A DNA stretch of 64,000 nucleotides from Sedimentisphaerales bacterium (GTDB lineage Bacteria; Planctomycetota; Phycisphaerae; Sedimentisphaerales; SM23-30): assembly GCA_963663965.2 (NCBI GenBank), contig CAXXFK010000035.1:11468-75467 (forward strand), in the 5' to 3' direction. The notes under the pieces were generated by a model. It did not search any database, was not told where the DNA came from, and was given only the letters and a program-made list of their open reading frames with translations. The translations under genes were made by a program, and so were the position numbers. Below, one piece after another: positions 1 through 8,966 of this stretch. Numbering within the stretch: the stretch's first letter is position 1; each line of letters begins with the position of its first letter.

Positions 1-220
1 CCTTAAACAGGACAAATCATCAGTTCGTATGCAAAGACTTCAGATATCAATTGAAACATTTAAATAAGAAAAAACAATTTTGTTTTACATTCATAGAACA
101 ATTATACATTTTTTCAATAACTAGCCAAAAATGCTTTATATCAGCATATATTAGTTCAGGTTCAGCCATGATAAAAAAAATAGTGTTTTAGTAATTCCAT
201 ATTTATACATTATTAATCCA

Positions 221-255
221 AAATACTGGGCCACCCAATCAGCGTGACCCAGTAT
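221..255 (-). terminator. Intrinsic terminator after 296..1591
   Basis: Minus-strand stem TACTGGGTCAC...GTGGCCCAGTA followed by TTTT, 40 nt past the stop codon. Confidence 0.6.
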
Positions 256-295
256 AACAGAACGGATTCTATGCCTTAGATTAGTTTTTTAGATT

Positions 296-1591
296 TCAAG
301 TTATTGATGAATCCACATCACCCTCTGATGACAGGTTTTGATCGGAATTCCGCTGGGTCATTCCCCATTTTTCCTGAGCCCATTGTAATAAAACTCCTCC
401 TCCAAGTAGTACAAATGCCAGGATGAGAAGTCCAAATCCTTTGCCATTTTTCGACGCACTGACAATTTTGATGGCTTTTAAAGCGATACCAGCAAATGGT
501 CCAATACCAGCCAGTAACATCATCCACCACATTGAAACTGTTATAGCGGCCAGCAGAAACATTAATGAAGACCAGGAGATGACCGGATAAATGGGATGGA
601 GCCAGAATTTTTCATTCCATAGAATCCCCATTCTTAAAATACTATTCAAACCATTGTCGCCAGAATGAATCCCACTAATGTTTTGCGGAAATCCTTGCGG
701 AAGCGGATCTGAAGCACTGATAAACATATAAAAAACAGCACCAGCCAACATCAGCCATCCCAGAATATTTACAGATCGAATTCTAAATGTCAGACAGATA
801 ACCAAAACTCCTGCTGTCATGAATATGGGCGAAAAGTACCAATATGCCCAATCAGAAAAAACGTAAGACACTGAAAATGCCTGTAAAATGCTACACAACA
901 ACAATATGGCAAGCATAAGCCATTGGGAATACCACGATTGAAACCAGTTCTTCGAACTAACAGTCAATCCCATAAATAGTTGCTTTCTGACTAAAATAAA
1001 ATGGCCGGCCAGGAATAAAGCTATCAGCCAACATAAACCTAATGCTGCCCGATAACGTGATTCATCAGACATTAAATACATTACTGGCGCAGGTAAAGCC
1101 AATATTGATATCCAACCTGCCAAAAAAAGCCAGATAAGCACTGACAACCTTAATTCGATAATTTTTATCATTACCCAGATTTTCAACAAGGTGGAGAAAA
1201 AAGCAAGTAAAGATAACAAGTATGCACTCGTTGATGCAGCCAGATACATTTCATTTAGGGCGATAAAAAGAAAACCACAAAGAATCATCGTAAAGCTTGT
1301 TGTTCTCACCAGGTCTGAACTTAGATTCCTTGTTTTATGCCAACGTCCCAATACCACCAAAAGCCACATATAGAGTTCAAAGGTTATTAAAGTAATGAAA
1401 ACATGAGAAGTTTCACCGATTTTTCGGTGATTGGGATCAATTATCATTCTCATACCGATTAATAGGACAATCACACTTACCCAATAAAAAATATTCGCAA
1501 TCTGATGTGCAATTGGCTTTTGGGCAATGATTCTATTTGAATATAAAGATTGCGTTGATTTTGAAATGTGGGGAATTGTTTCCTGATCCAT
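296..1591 (-). CDS. Hypothetical polytopic membrane protein
   Basis: 431-aa ORF with many hydrophobic segments; GAGG RBS upstream of ATG. Confidence 0.75.
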   Translation of the reverse strand: MDQETIPHISKSTQSLYSNRIIAQKPIAHQIANIFYWVSVIVLLIGMRMIIDPNHRKIGETSHVFITLITFELYMWLLVVLGRWHKTRNLSSDLVRTTSFTMILCGFLFIALNEMYLAASTSAYLLSLLAFFSTLLKIWVMIKIIELRLSVLIWLFLAGWISILALPAPVMYLMSDESRYRAALGLCWLIALFLAGHFILVRKQLFMGLTVSSKNWFQSWYSQWLMLAILLLCSILQAFSVSYVFSDWAYWYFSPIFMTAGVLVICLTFRIRSVNILGWLMLAGAVFYMFISASDPLPQGFPQNISGIHSGDNGLNSILRMGILWNEKFWLHPIYPVISWSSLMFLLAAITVSMWWMMLLAGIGPFAGIALKAIKIVSASKNGKGFGLLILAFVLLGGGVLLQWAQEKWGMTQRNSDQNLSSEGDVDSSIT

Positions 1592-1709
1592 AATTTACCT
1601 CGCATTCTTATGGTGACCTGAAATAAGTCATTTCAACCAATGCCGCAGGTAGTTATCAGGATTAACTAATAATATTACGACCGTAAATGTTGTTAGTTCG
1701 CTATAAAAC

Positions 1710-1740
1710 CAATAAGCCGTGTCAAGGACACGGCTTATTG
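1710..1740 (-). terminator. Hairpin/terminator downstream of tRNA-Lys
   Basis: Perfect 14-bp inverted repeat CAATAAGCCGTGTC-AAG-GACACGGCTTATTG followed by GTTTT on the minus strand. Confidence 0.7.
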
Positions 1741-1766
1741 TGGGAAAAAGGAGGGTTTAGGAGGAC

Positions 1767-1839
<73 letters not shown>

Positions 1840-1908
1840 TTCGAAAAGTTTTAGTTTTGGAAGCTATATTAAAGATATTCAATTGCCAAGGTCATTTATT
1901 GTTCGTGT

Positions 1909-1937
1909 ATTCTAACTCAAAGGTTCGTTTGTTTCAA
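1909..1937 (-). promoter_or_regulatory. sigma70-type promoter for tRNA-Lys
   Basis: TTGAAA-N17-TAGAAT on the minus strand, ~70 nt upstream of the tRNA. Confidence 0.55.
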
Positions 1938-1991
1938 CCCTTTTTTAAATAAAATTTAAACGAATTCACGTGAAGACAATTATGATATGCG

Positions 1992-2090
1992 CAAAAAAAA
2001 AGCCCGGCAGAGGGACCCTCAAAGACCCTGTTCGCAAATAGTCTTGGAGGAACTCTCAACCTCTGGGCTTTGAGGCGCTTATTATTTACT
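1992..2090 (-). ncRNA. Candidate structured small RNA/leader ending in a U9 tract
   Basis: Long imperfect hairpin AAAGCCC...GGGCTTT plus T9 in an AT-rich intergenic region with no upstream ORF on that strand; possible CTGAAT-N17-TAAGAT promoter. Confidence 0.35.
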
Positions 2091-2474
2091 TTTCAATCTT
2101 ATAATGGCCGCATCTCTGATTCAGTCCCACTTTTTTTCCGATTTTTTTAATTATTTCGTTTTTACTAGCTGAAATTTACCTACTCCCATCAATTTGCATA
2201 ACCACACCACTACAATAAATTAACCTATTTTCTTTTATAATAAATAGTTATACCTATCTACCAGTACATTTAAGCGATTCACTTTTATAAACACGATTAA
2301 TCAAAAAAAGGGCATCCAAACGTTAATACTCCTGTTAACCATAGAATCCCCCCACATTTTTCTCATGAAGATCAGGAATTATTCACCAAAGTTTGTCTCA
2401 TACACTTTTATATTCTATTTTTGGATAGCAATATCCCTTGGATAAAATATTCATTGTAAATTCAGGAGACAGGA

Positions 2475-3209
2475 ATGCAAAAACGCTATTTCAATCACTT
2501 ATTTTTACTAACACTAATTCTCTCTAGTTTTTCTAGTGGCGCAATAACAGAGACCAATATTAATGGACCCGAAAAAAAACTCACTGGTAACGGTGGGATT
2601 CTAGACAAGCTCTATGGGTGGGAGAATTTGACTCGTATTGATGATTATGACAGCGTGATCACCGATCAATATTGGTCTCTAAAGCCAGGATCAGCAATGG
2701 CTTATGACACTATTGTTGCTAAGTATTCCAGTTTTAGTCTAGATCCTGGTTTTATAATCGATCAAAGCGACTCAATTTTATTTAACACCGATTTGAGCAA
2801 TATTACACCCGGACAAACAGTACGCCTAGGAATTGAAATTGATTCTAAACCTGGATTTGTCTGGAGTTCTGCAGTGTCCGATAACAAAATCATGCCAAAT
2901 GGCTACGTGTTCTCCGACACTTCTGTGATAGACCATATGGTCACTTATCAGATTTCATCATCGAGTAAAAAACATTCTGATAATATCGTCGGAAATTACA
3001 TCGTTGCCTGGGAAGATTTGTCACCCGAGAAACTATGGTATAAATTTGATGGTGATTATAATGATATTATTGTAGAAATTTCTGGCTTAGAACCAGTATC
3101 ATGTCCTACGCCAGTTCCAGAACCGCCTACGATAGCATTACTTGCAATATGTTCAATAGCCCTCATAAAACGATATCCTCATATTGCAAAAGCAAGCCAA
3201 CAAAAATAA
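2475..3209 (+). CDS. PEP-CTERM sorting domain protein (DUF4114-like)
   Basis: Signal peptide, WEDL...DGDYNDIIV motif, C-terminal VPEP + hydrophobic helix + basic tail; GGAG RBS. Confidence 0.85.
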   Translation: MQKRYFNHLFLLTLILSSFSSGAITETNINGPEKKLTGNGGILDKLYGWENLTRIDDYDSVITDQYWSLKPGSAMAYDTIVAKYSSFSLDPGFIIDQSDSILFNTDLSNITPGQTVRLGIEIDSKPGFVWSSAVSDNKIMPNGYVFSDTSVIDHMVTYQISSSSKKHSDNIVGNYIVAWEDLSPEKLWYKFDGDYNDIIVEISGLEPVSCPTPVPEPPTIALLAICSIALIKRYPHIAKASQQK

Positions 3210-3260
3210 TTTTGATAGGTAAACATTTTATATTAAGAATAATCTATAATATGATTCACT

Positions 3261-3289
3261 AAAGCCATTTTAAATAAATGGCTTTTTTT
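3261..3289. terminator. Terminator between convergent PEP-CTERM gene and def
   Basis: AAAGCCATTT...AAATGGCTTT stem with T-run. Confidence 0.65.
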
Positions 3290-3298
3290 ATGCCCGGC

Positions 3299-3826
3299 TC
3301 ATTTATTAAAGTCATATTCCAACATTTTTAACTTCCGTTTGACTGCCATTTTTGAAAGCGTACTTATTTTATCAATAAATAGCTTGCCATCCAGATGGTC
3401 TGTTTCATGTTGGACAATAGTAGCAAAGAAATCGACAGCATCAACATGAAGTTTGTTACCATCCAAATCCAAAGCGTCTACTGTACATGCGGCTGCACGC
3501 CTGACTTTGGCTCTAACATCTGGAATCGACAAACATCCTTCTTCCATTTCCGAAATACCAGACAATTCGCTAAGAACTGGATTTATAAGGACTTGAGAAT
3601 CCTGACGTTTACCGGTTGGGCTAACAGTAATGATTCTTAAGCTCACACCAACTTGCGGAGCCGCCAATCCAACCCCGCTGGATTCAATCATTACATCAAT
3701 CATCCGTTCACTAAGTTGAACAATTTCTTCGTTAATGGTATCAACAGGTTGAGCAACCTGGCGTAAAAGCGGATTGGGATAAAATACTAACTGAACCTGA
3801 TTATAATCCACGGGACGAGCAATCAT
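3299..3826 (-). CDS. def: Peptide deformylase
   Basis: GVGLAAPQVG, EGCLS and QHETDHLDG motifs. Confidence 0.97.
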   Translation of the reverse strand: MIARPVDYNQVQLVFYPNPLLRQVAQPVDTINEEIVQLSERMIDVMIESSGVGLAAPQVGVSLRIITVSPTGKRQDSQVLINPVLSELSGISEMEEGCLSIPDVRAKVRRAAACTVDALDLDGNKLHVDAVDFFATIVQHETDHLDGKLFIDKISTLSKMAVKRKLKMLEYDFNK

Positions 3827-4074
3827 AACTATAACCTACTATTGGGCATTAAGCTTAAACGGTTTTGTGACATTGAATTATAGCAAATATATTTTGATAT
3901 CGTCAGAAGGAAATCACGAATTTCCACACCTCAAGCTATACTTTGTAGCTTAATATTTCATTAGCTATTATTAATAATGAATTTATGGTTAAATATTGAC
4001 ATTATCATTTTTTTTGCTATTGTAAGGATTTTCCATCGTAGTTCAAACCCGATATTAGTAATTATTTCATTTAA

Positions 4075-5517
4075 ATGTCAGAATCCAATCCATCGTCCAA
4101 TAATTCCGTCTCCCTTGAGTTTCCAGAGGAACTCAAAAAGCGTGCCCGTACATTTTTTGAAAAGGCAGCCAGTGTTGCCTATACAATGCAATATGATTTT
4201 GCGATCGAAATGTACCTGGATGGATTATCTTTCTGGCCAGAAGCCGTCGAAGAAGGACACAAGAAATTATGGGAAGTCGCTTTACGGCGACAGGCATCTG
4301 GAGGGAAAAAATCCGGCATGGGTGATCGCTCTAAATACCGAAAGATGGCGGCTAAATCGGAAAAAGATTCCTTACTAAAAGCCGAGTATTTATGGGCCAA
4401 AGATCCTGTCAATGCATCTCATCTGACCGACATGATCAAAGCCGCCCATAAAGGCCAGATGAAGCAAACGACTGCCTGGGTTGCCGATATTCTTTTTGAA
4501 ACCAATATGAAAGCAGCAAAGCCGGCATTTGACACTTATATTTTATTACGTGACACTTATGCTGAACTGGAAAATTATACCCGTGCTGTCCAGGCCTTGC
4601 AACTAGCCTTGCAACTCAAACCTAAAGACCGAGATCTGGAAGAGTCTTTGCGTAATCTGTCTGCTAAAGAAACTTTGCAAAAAGGGAAATATGAAGAAGA
4701 TGGAGATTTCCGCCAATCAATCAAAGATCGGGAGGACCAGGAGCGACTTCATGAAGGTGAGCAGCTTATTAAATCCGATGAATATCATCGAGAAGAGATT
4801 GAACAAGCCCGCAAATTATATAAGCATGATCCCGAAGGCAAAGGCAATATAGAAAAACTGGTTAAGTCATTGTGTAATACTGAAAAACCTGAATTTGAAA
4901 ATGAAGCGATTTCGGTTCTGGAAGGCGCCTACCGCCGCACTAATCAATTCATCCACCGCCAACGCGCCAATGATATCCGGATACGCCAGTTACGCCGCGA
5001 ATTAAGGCTACTGCAAGACATTCACAAATCCAATCCAAATGATCAAAGTACTATTCAACAGTACAATGCCAAACTGGGCGAATTCTCCAAGTTGGAAATG
5101 GATCATTTCCGGCAATGTGTGGAAAATTATCCTACTGATCGCAAGATGAAGTTTGAATATGGCAAGCGACTGTTGCGTGCAAGAAAATATGATGACGCAA
5201 TTCCTATGTTTCAGGAATCTCGCAGCGATCCCCGATTCCGGACAATTGCGCTTAATAGTATCGGCATGTGTTTCTTCTATAAAGAATGGTATCCCGATGC
5301 GATAGAATCCTTCCAGCAGGCATTCGACAACCTGGATGACAAGGAAGGTTCAATGGCCAAAGAATTGCTTTATAACCTGGGACGGGCCTACGAAGCGGAT
5401 AATAATGATGAAGAAGCGCTGAAATGCTATCGTCAGGTTACTCAGATTGATTTTAATTACAGCGACGCCAAAAACCGCGTCGATGAACTGCGAAAAAAAC
5501 AACGTGAAAATTCATAA
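4075..5517 (+). CDS. Tetratricopeptide repeat protein
   Basis: TPR patterns (ALNSIGMCF, LLYNLGRAYEA, C-terminal DFNYSDA). Confidence 0.85.
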   Translation: MSESNPSSNNSVSLEFPEELKKRARTFFEKAASVAYTMQYDFAIEMYLDGLSFWPEAVEEGHKKLWEVALRRQASGGKKSGMGDRSKYRKMAAKSEKDSLLKAEYLWAKDPVNASHLTDMIKAAHKGQMKQTTAWVADILFETNMKAAKPAFDTYILLRDTYAELENYTRAVQALQLALQLKPKDRDLEESLRNLSAKETLQKGKYEEDGDFRQSIKDREDQERLHEGEQLIKSDEYHREEIEQARKLYKHDPEGKGNIEKLVKSLCNTEKPEFENEAISVLEGAYRRTNQFIHRQRANDIRIRQLRRELRLLQDIHKSNPNDQSTIQQYNAKLGEFSKLEMDHFRQCVENYPTDRKMKFEYGKRLLRARKYDDAIPMFQESRSDPRFRTIALNSIGMCFFYKEWYPDAIESFQQAFDNLDDKEGSMAKELLYNLGRAYEADNNDEEALKCYRQVTQIDFNYSDAKNRVDELRKKQRENS

Positions 5518-5551
5518 CTTACTATACTTAGCTTTTAATAAGGAGTAACGA

Positions 5552-5824
5552 GTGGCACATTCGTTATCGTCAAAAAAAAGAATCAGACAGAACGAAAAAC
5601 GCAGACTGCTTAATCGAGGTCGAAAGGGTGAGGTCAAATTTCAACTGAAGAAATTTACCGGTACTATCAAAGGCGGCAATCTTCAGGAAATTGAGACTGA
5701 ATATCGCACTACCCAAAAGAAAATTGACCAGCTTTGCGCCAAAGGACTAATCCACAAAAATAAAGCGGCACGTCAAAAAGCGCAATTAGCTCGCCAAATA
5801 AACGCGCTAAAAGCACAGTCCTAA
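5552..5824 (+). CDS. rpsT: 30S ribosomal protein S20
   Basis: MAHSLSSKKRIRQNEKRR...KGLIHKNKAARQK; AAGGAG RBS and GTG start. Confidence 0.97.
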   Translation: MAHSLSSKKRIRQNEKRRLLNRGRKGEVKFQLKKFTGTIKGGNLQEIETEYRTTQKKIDQLCAKGLIHKNKAARQKAQLARQINALKAQS

Positions 5825-5895
5825 TCTCGATCTTACCCAATTAGCCGATCTGCAAGCCTAAGAGCATGCAGGTTATCGATGGATTTCGATTTTCC

Positions 5896-5931
5896 AAGCC
5901 CGGATTTGCTCAGGAGGCATCCGGGCTTCTT
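5896..5931 (+). terminator. Terminator-like hairpin after rpsT
   Basis: AAGCCCGGAT...ATCCGGGCTT followed by CTTCTGTT. Confidence 0.6.
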
Positions 5932-6046
5932 CTGTTGCGCCTTATGGCATCAATAGAATTGCATGCCCCAATAATTTCTATTCAGGAGCTAATATCGGGG
6001 CTATAATAAAATATTAAATCTAAATAGGCCTCTGTTCAAGAAAGAC

Positions 6047-6931
6047 ATGAAAAGCATGCCCCGTTTTGGAGTCCATTGTTCTATCGCAGGAGGTTTACAC
6101 AAGGCTCTTACAGAAGGCCAAGAACTTGGATGTAAATCCATCCAGTTATTTGTCGCTAATCAGCGCCAGTGGAAACATCCGCCTCTCACAGACCAACAAA
6201 TTTTGACATTCAAAACCACCCGGGAGGAGACCGGAATTGATCCCATTGTCGCCCACAGCAGCTATTTAATCAATCTGGGCGCCACTGTCCCTGACACGTA
6301 TCAAAAAAGCCTGATTGCACTGGCGGATGAACTGGATCGTTGCGACCGGCTTGGGATTGAATATCTGGTTATGCATCCTGGTTCCCATCTGGGGCAAGGA
6401 GTAAAAGCAGGTATTTCTCAAATCGCTCAATCATTGGCAAACGTGTTGAATCAAATCCAGCCGGAAAACACCATCATTCTACTTGAAACGACTGCAGGGC
6501 AGGGAACCAATCTTGGCTATCGTTTCGAACAACTGGCGGAAATAATAAATCAAACCGGAATGGAAGATTATTTGGGCGTCTGTCTTGACACGTGTCACAT
6601 ATTTGCCGCTGGATACGATTTTAGTACACCCCAAAAATGTGGAGAAGTTTTTGGGGCCTTCGATTCAACGATAGGATTGAATCGCCTCAAGGTTATTCAT
6701 GTTAATGACTCAAAAACAGAGTTTGGCCAGAACAAGGATCGACATGAACATATTGGTCAGGGGAAAATTGGGACTAAAGCATTAAGCTATTTATTAAAAC
6801 AATCTGAGCCTATGGATTTGACTTATATCCTTGAGACCCCCAAAGACGTAACCCCTGATGGGATAAATTACGATCGAATCAATTTGGAACTATTGAGAAA
6901 ACTGTTCAAATCAGCAAAGAAAAGCTCATAA
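6047..6931 (+). CDS. nfo: Endonuclease IV (AP endonuclease family 2)
   Basis: HSSYLINL, MHPGSH, LETTAGQG, CLDTCHIFAAGYD, HVNDSK, DRHEHIGQG, ILETP motifs. Confidence 0.96.
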   Translation: MKSMPRFGVHCSIAGGLHKALTEGQELGCKSIQLFVANQRQWKHPPLTDQQILTFKTTREETGIDPIVAHSSYLINLGATVPDTYQKSLIALADELDRCDRLGIEYLVMHPGSHLGQGVKAGISQIAQSLANVLNQIQPENTIILLETTAGQGTNLGYRFEQLAEIINQTGMEDYLGVCLDTCHIFAAGYDFSTPQKCGEVFGAFDSTIGLNRLKVIHVNDSKTEFGQNKDRHEHIGQGKIGTKALSYLLKQSEPMDLTYILETPKDVTPDGINYDRINLELLRKLFKSAKKSS

Positions 6932-6994
6932 ATGTTTTGCTGGTTATTTCCCAGGTCAGCCGAGTCTGATAAGATTCGTTTCATCTGATTGGCA

Positions 6995-8876
6995 ATCGAT
7001 TAGGCGGGGGCATTGCGGCCCCGGCCTCTCACACCACCGGGCATACGGTTCCGTACCACGGCGGTTCATTTTAGCCAATCCGGCTTACCTGTCAATTCTG
7101 CAAGTGTCACTAAGTTAAGATTAGCAAAGTACGACTTGGGGAAAGCGGCGTTCATGTGACCGGCTCCGGAGTTCCACCATGGCCCCCTGCCATTATAGGC
7201 AGACAGCGAAGCTCTTTCTTCCGATAAGCCTCGTCGCATCAGCATCTTACGCCTTGTCCACGGTCTTTTACTCTGTCGCCATTTCATGCACCGCAGCCGC
7301 CGTCGAATCCATCCGTCCAGATCTTTAAACACCAATTTAACCTCACTCTGTCGATAATATTGTCCCCAACCCCGTACCACGGGATTCAGGTCCAGACTTA
7401 TAAACTTCGCCAGATTTCGGCCTCTACCTATACGCATCAGCCTCTTTACCTTGGCCTTGAAACGTTTAACGGATTCCTTGGGGGGTTTCAGTTTCGCTTC
7501 ACGGTTGATGGTAAAACTATACCCCAGAAAACTTCGGTTCCAGGGACGATCCACCGCACTTTTGGCATCGTTGAGCTTCAGTTTCAGGACGTTGCTCAGG
7601 AATCCTTTGATGGAGGCCAGAACCCGTTCGCCTGCCACTTTACTGCGGACATAGATGTTACAGTCATCCGCATAACGCACAAATTGATGGCCGCGCCTTT
7701 CCAGTTCCTTATCCAGGGTATCCAGCATAATGTTGGATAGCAACGGACTGAGAGGACCGCCCTGCGGTGTGCCTTTAACGGCCGGAGAGACCACCCCGCC
7801 TTCCAGAACACCCGCTTGCAAATAGCGTCGGATGACGCCCAGTATACGCTTGTCCTTGACCTGACGGGCGATTTTCGCCATCAGGATGTCATGATTGACA
7901 TTGTCAAAGAACTTCTCCAAGTCCATATCCACCACCCAGCGGTGACCCTGATTGATATGGTGACGGGACTGGCACAAGGCCATGTGCGTGGAACGGTTGG
8001 GACGAAAACCATAGCTGGAGTCCGAAAACTCCCGCTCGAAAATCGGCTGGAGTACCTGGTGAAGCGCCTGCTGAATCAGGCGGTCGGTCACCGTCGGGAT
8101 CCCAGGCTTACGGGTTCCGCCTTTGGGTTTGGGGATCTCTACCCGCCTGACCGGCTGGGGCTGATAGCGCCCGGCCAGCAGCTGCTGCTTGATGAGAGGC
8201 CATTGGGTTCTCAGGACTTGGGCTGTCTGGTCGATGCTCAGGCCATCGATTCCCGCAGCGCCTTTATTCGCCTTAACCCGCTGCCATGCCTTCTGCATAT
8301 TGGCAGGTTCGACCACTTGCTCCATTGAGCAGGATGCGGTGTCGCTGATTGGTGTTGGGGCAGTTGCTGACACTTGACGCACCGAGGGCTTATCTGGGCG
8401 GTTCCGCCGCCGGCCTCCACCCTCGGCATGAGGTTCTCTCATCTGCTGCTTCTCCATGTCGGTAAGCTCCAATCTAATCAGCCACGGCTGAAATGTTCAG
8501 GCCTTCGGTCTGGTCGAACTTGCAGACCTACTATGCCTTCTGCTGACTTCTGTATGCCCATCCCATTACCTCTTGATAATGGTAGCCGGTGGCAAACATA
8601 CAGATCTCCCCGGGTAATGCACACCTGCCTTCCTGTTTATGCCCGCCGTATATACGGCCATGCCTTCCGGGCAGCTTTGGGACTTCGAAGATAATGGCCT
8701 TCTCATCCGGCATGACCGCCTCGTATACGATTCCTGTTCGTCGGGCCAACAGTTTGCCTGCGGCTTCCTTCAGACCCCACCTCACGGTGGCAGCCCTTGC
8801 CGTCCGGCTAATGGTTCCCGCTACCGGGCCCATAGAGGACTTGCACCTCCAAGCAGGTGTGCCCTGCCGGGCACAC
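6995..8876 (-). mobile_element. Group II intron, class IIC, full length
   Basis: 5' end GTGTGCCCGGC at 8876; domain V GAACCGCCGTGGTACGGAACCGTATGCCCGGTGGTGTGAGAGG with CGC triad; domain VI ending ...CTAATCGAT at 6995; inserted ~5 nt after the T-run of an intrinsic terminator. Confidence 0.93.
7066..8472 (-). CDS. ltrA: Group II intron reverse transcriptase/maturase (no endonuclease domain)
   Basis: NKGAAGIDG, SYGFRPNRS, DLEKFFD, GTPQGGPLSPLL, RYADD, thumb LNPVVRGWGQYY; start codon uncertain. Confidence 0.95.
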   Translation of the reverse strand: MELTDMEKQQMREPHAEGGGRRRNRPDKPSVRQVSATAPTPISDTASCSMEQVVEPANMQKAWQRVKANKGAAGIDGLSIDQTAQVLRTQWPLIKQQLLAGRYQPQPVRRVEIPKPKGGTRKPGIPTVTDRLIQQALHQVLQPIFEREFSDSSYGFRPNRSTHMALCQSRHHINQGHRWVVDMDLEKFFDNVNHDILMAKIARQVKDKRILGVIRRYLQAGVLEGGVVSPAVKGTPQGGPLSPLLSNIMLDTLDKELERRGHQFVRYADDCNIYVRSKVAGERVLASIKGFLSNVLKLKLNDAKSAVDRPWNRSFLGYSFTINREAKLKPPKESVKRFKAKVKRLMRIGRGRNLAKFISLDLNPVVRGWGQYYRQSEVKLVFKDLDGWIRRRLRCMKWRQSKRPWTRRKMLMRRGLSEERASLSAYNGRGPWWNSGAGHMNAAFPKSYFANLNLVTLAELTGKPDWLK

Positions 8877-8881
8877 CAATT

Positions 8882-8918
8882 AAAAAGGTTCGACTGACAA
8901 CAAAGTCAGCCGAACCTT
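8882..8918 (-). terminator. Intrinsic terminator (5' exon target of the IIC intron)
   Basis: AAGGTTCGGCTGAC-TTTGTT-GTCAGTCGAACCTTTTT downstream of 8967..10424. Confidence 0.85.
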
Positions 8919-8966
8919 GATCCATTTGGAGACCAAACAGACTGTATGGAAGAAGTTGTTAGTGTC

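Noticed and set aside
6955..6963. GTCAGCCGA on both sides of the intron (also 8905-8913) as a target duplication
   Set aside because: Not at the boundaries, group II introns make no target duplication, and a 9-bp match is plausible by chance
7066..8472. RT as a retron, DGR or defence-associated reverse transcriptase
   Set aside because: Flanked by clear group II intron boundaries and domains V/VI, with a maturase thumb domain
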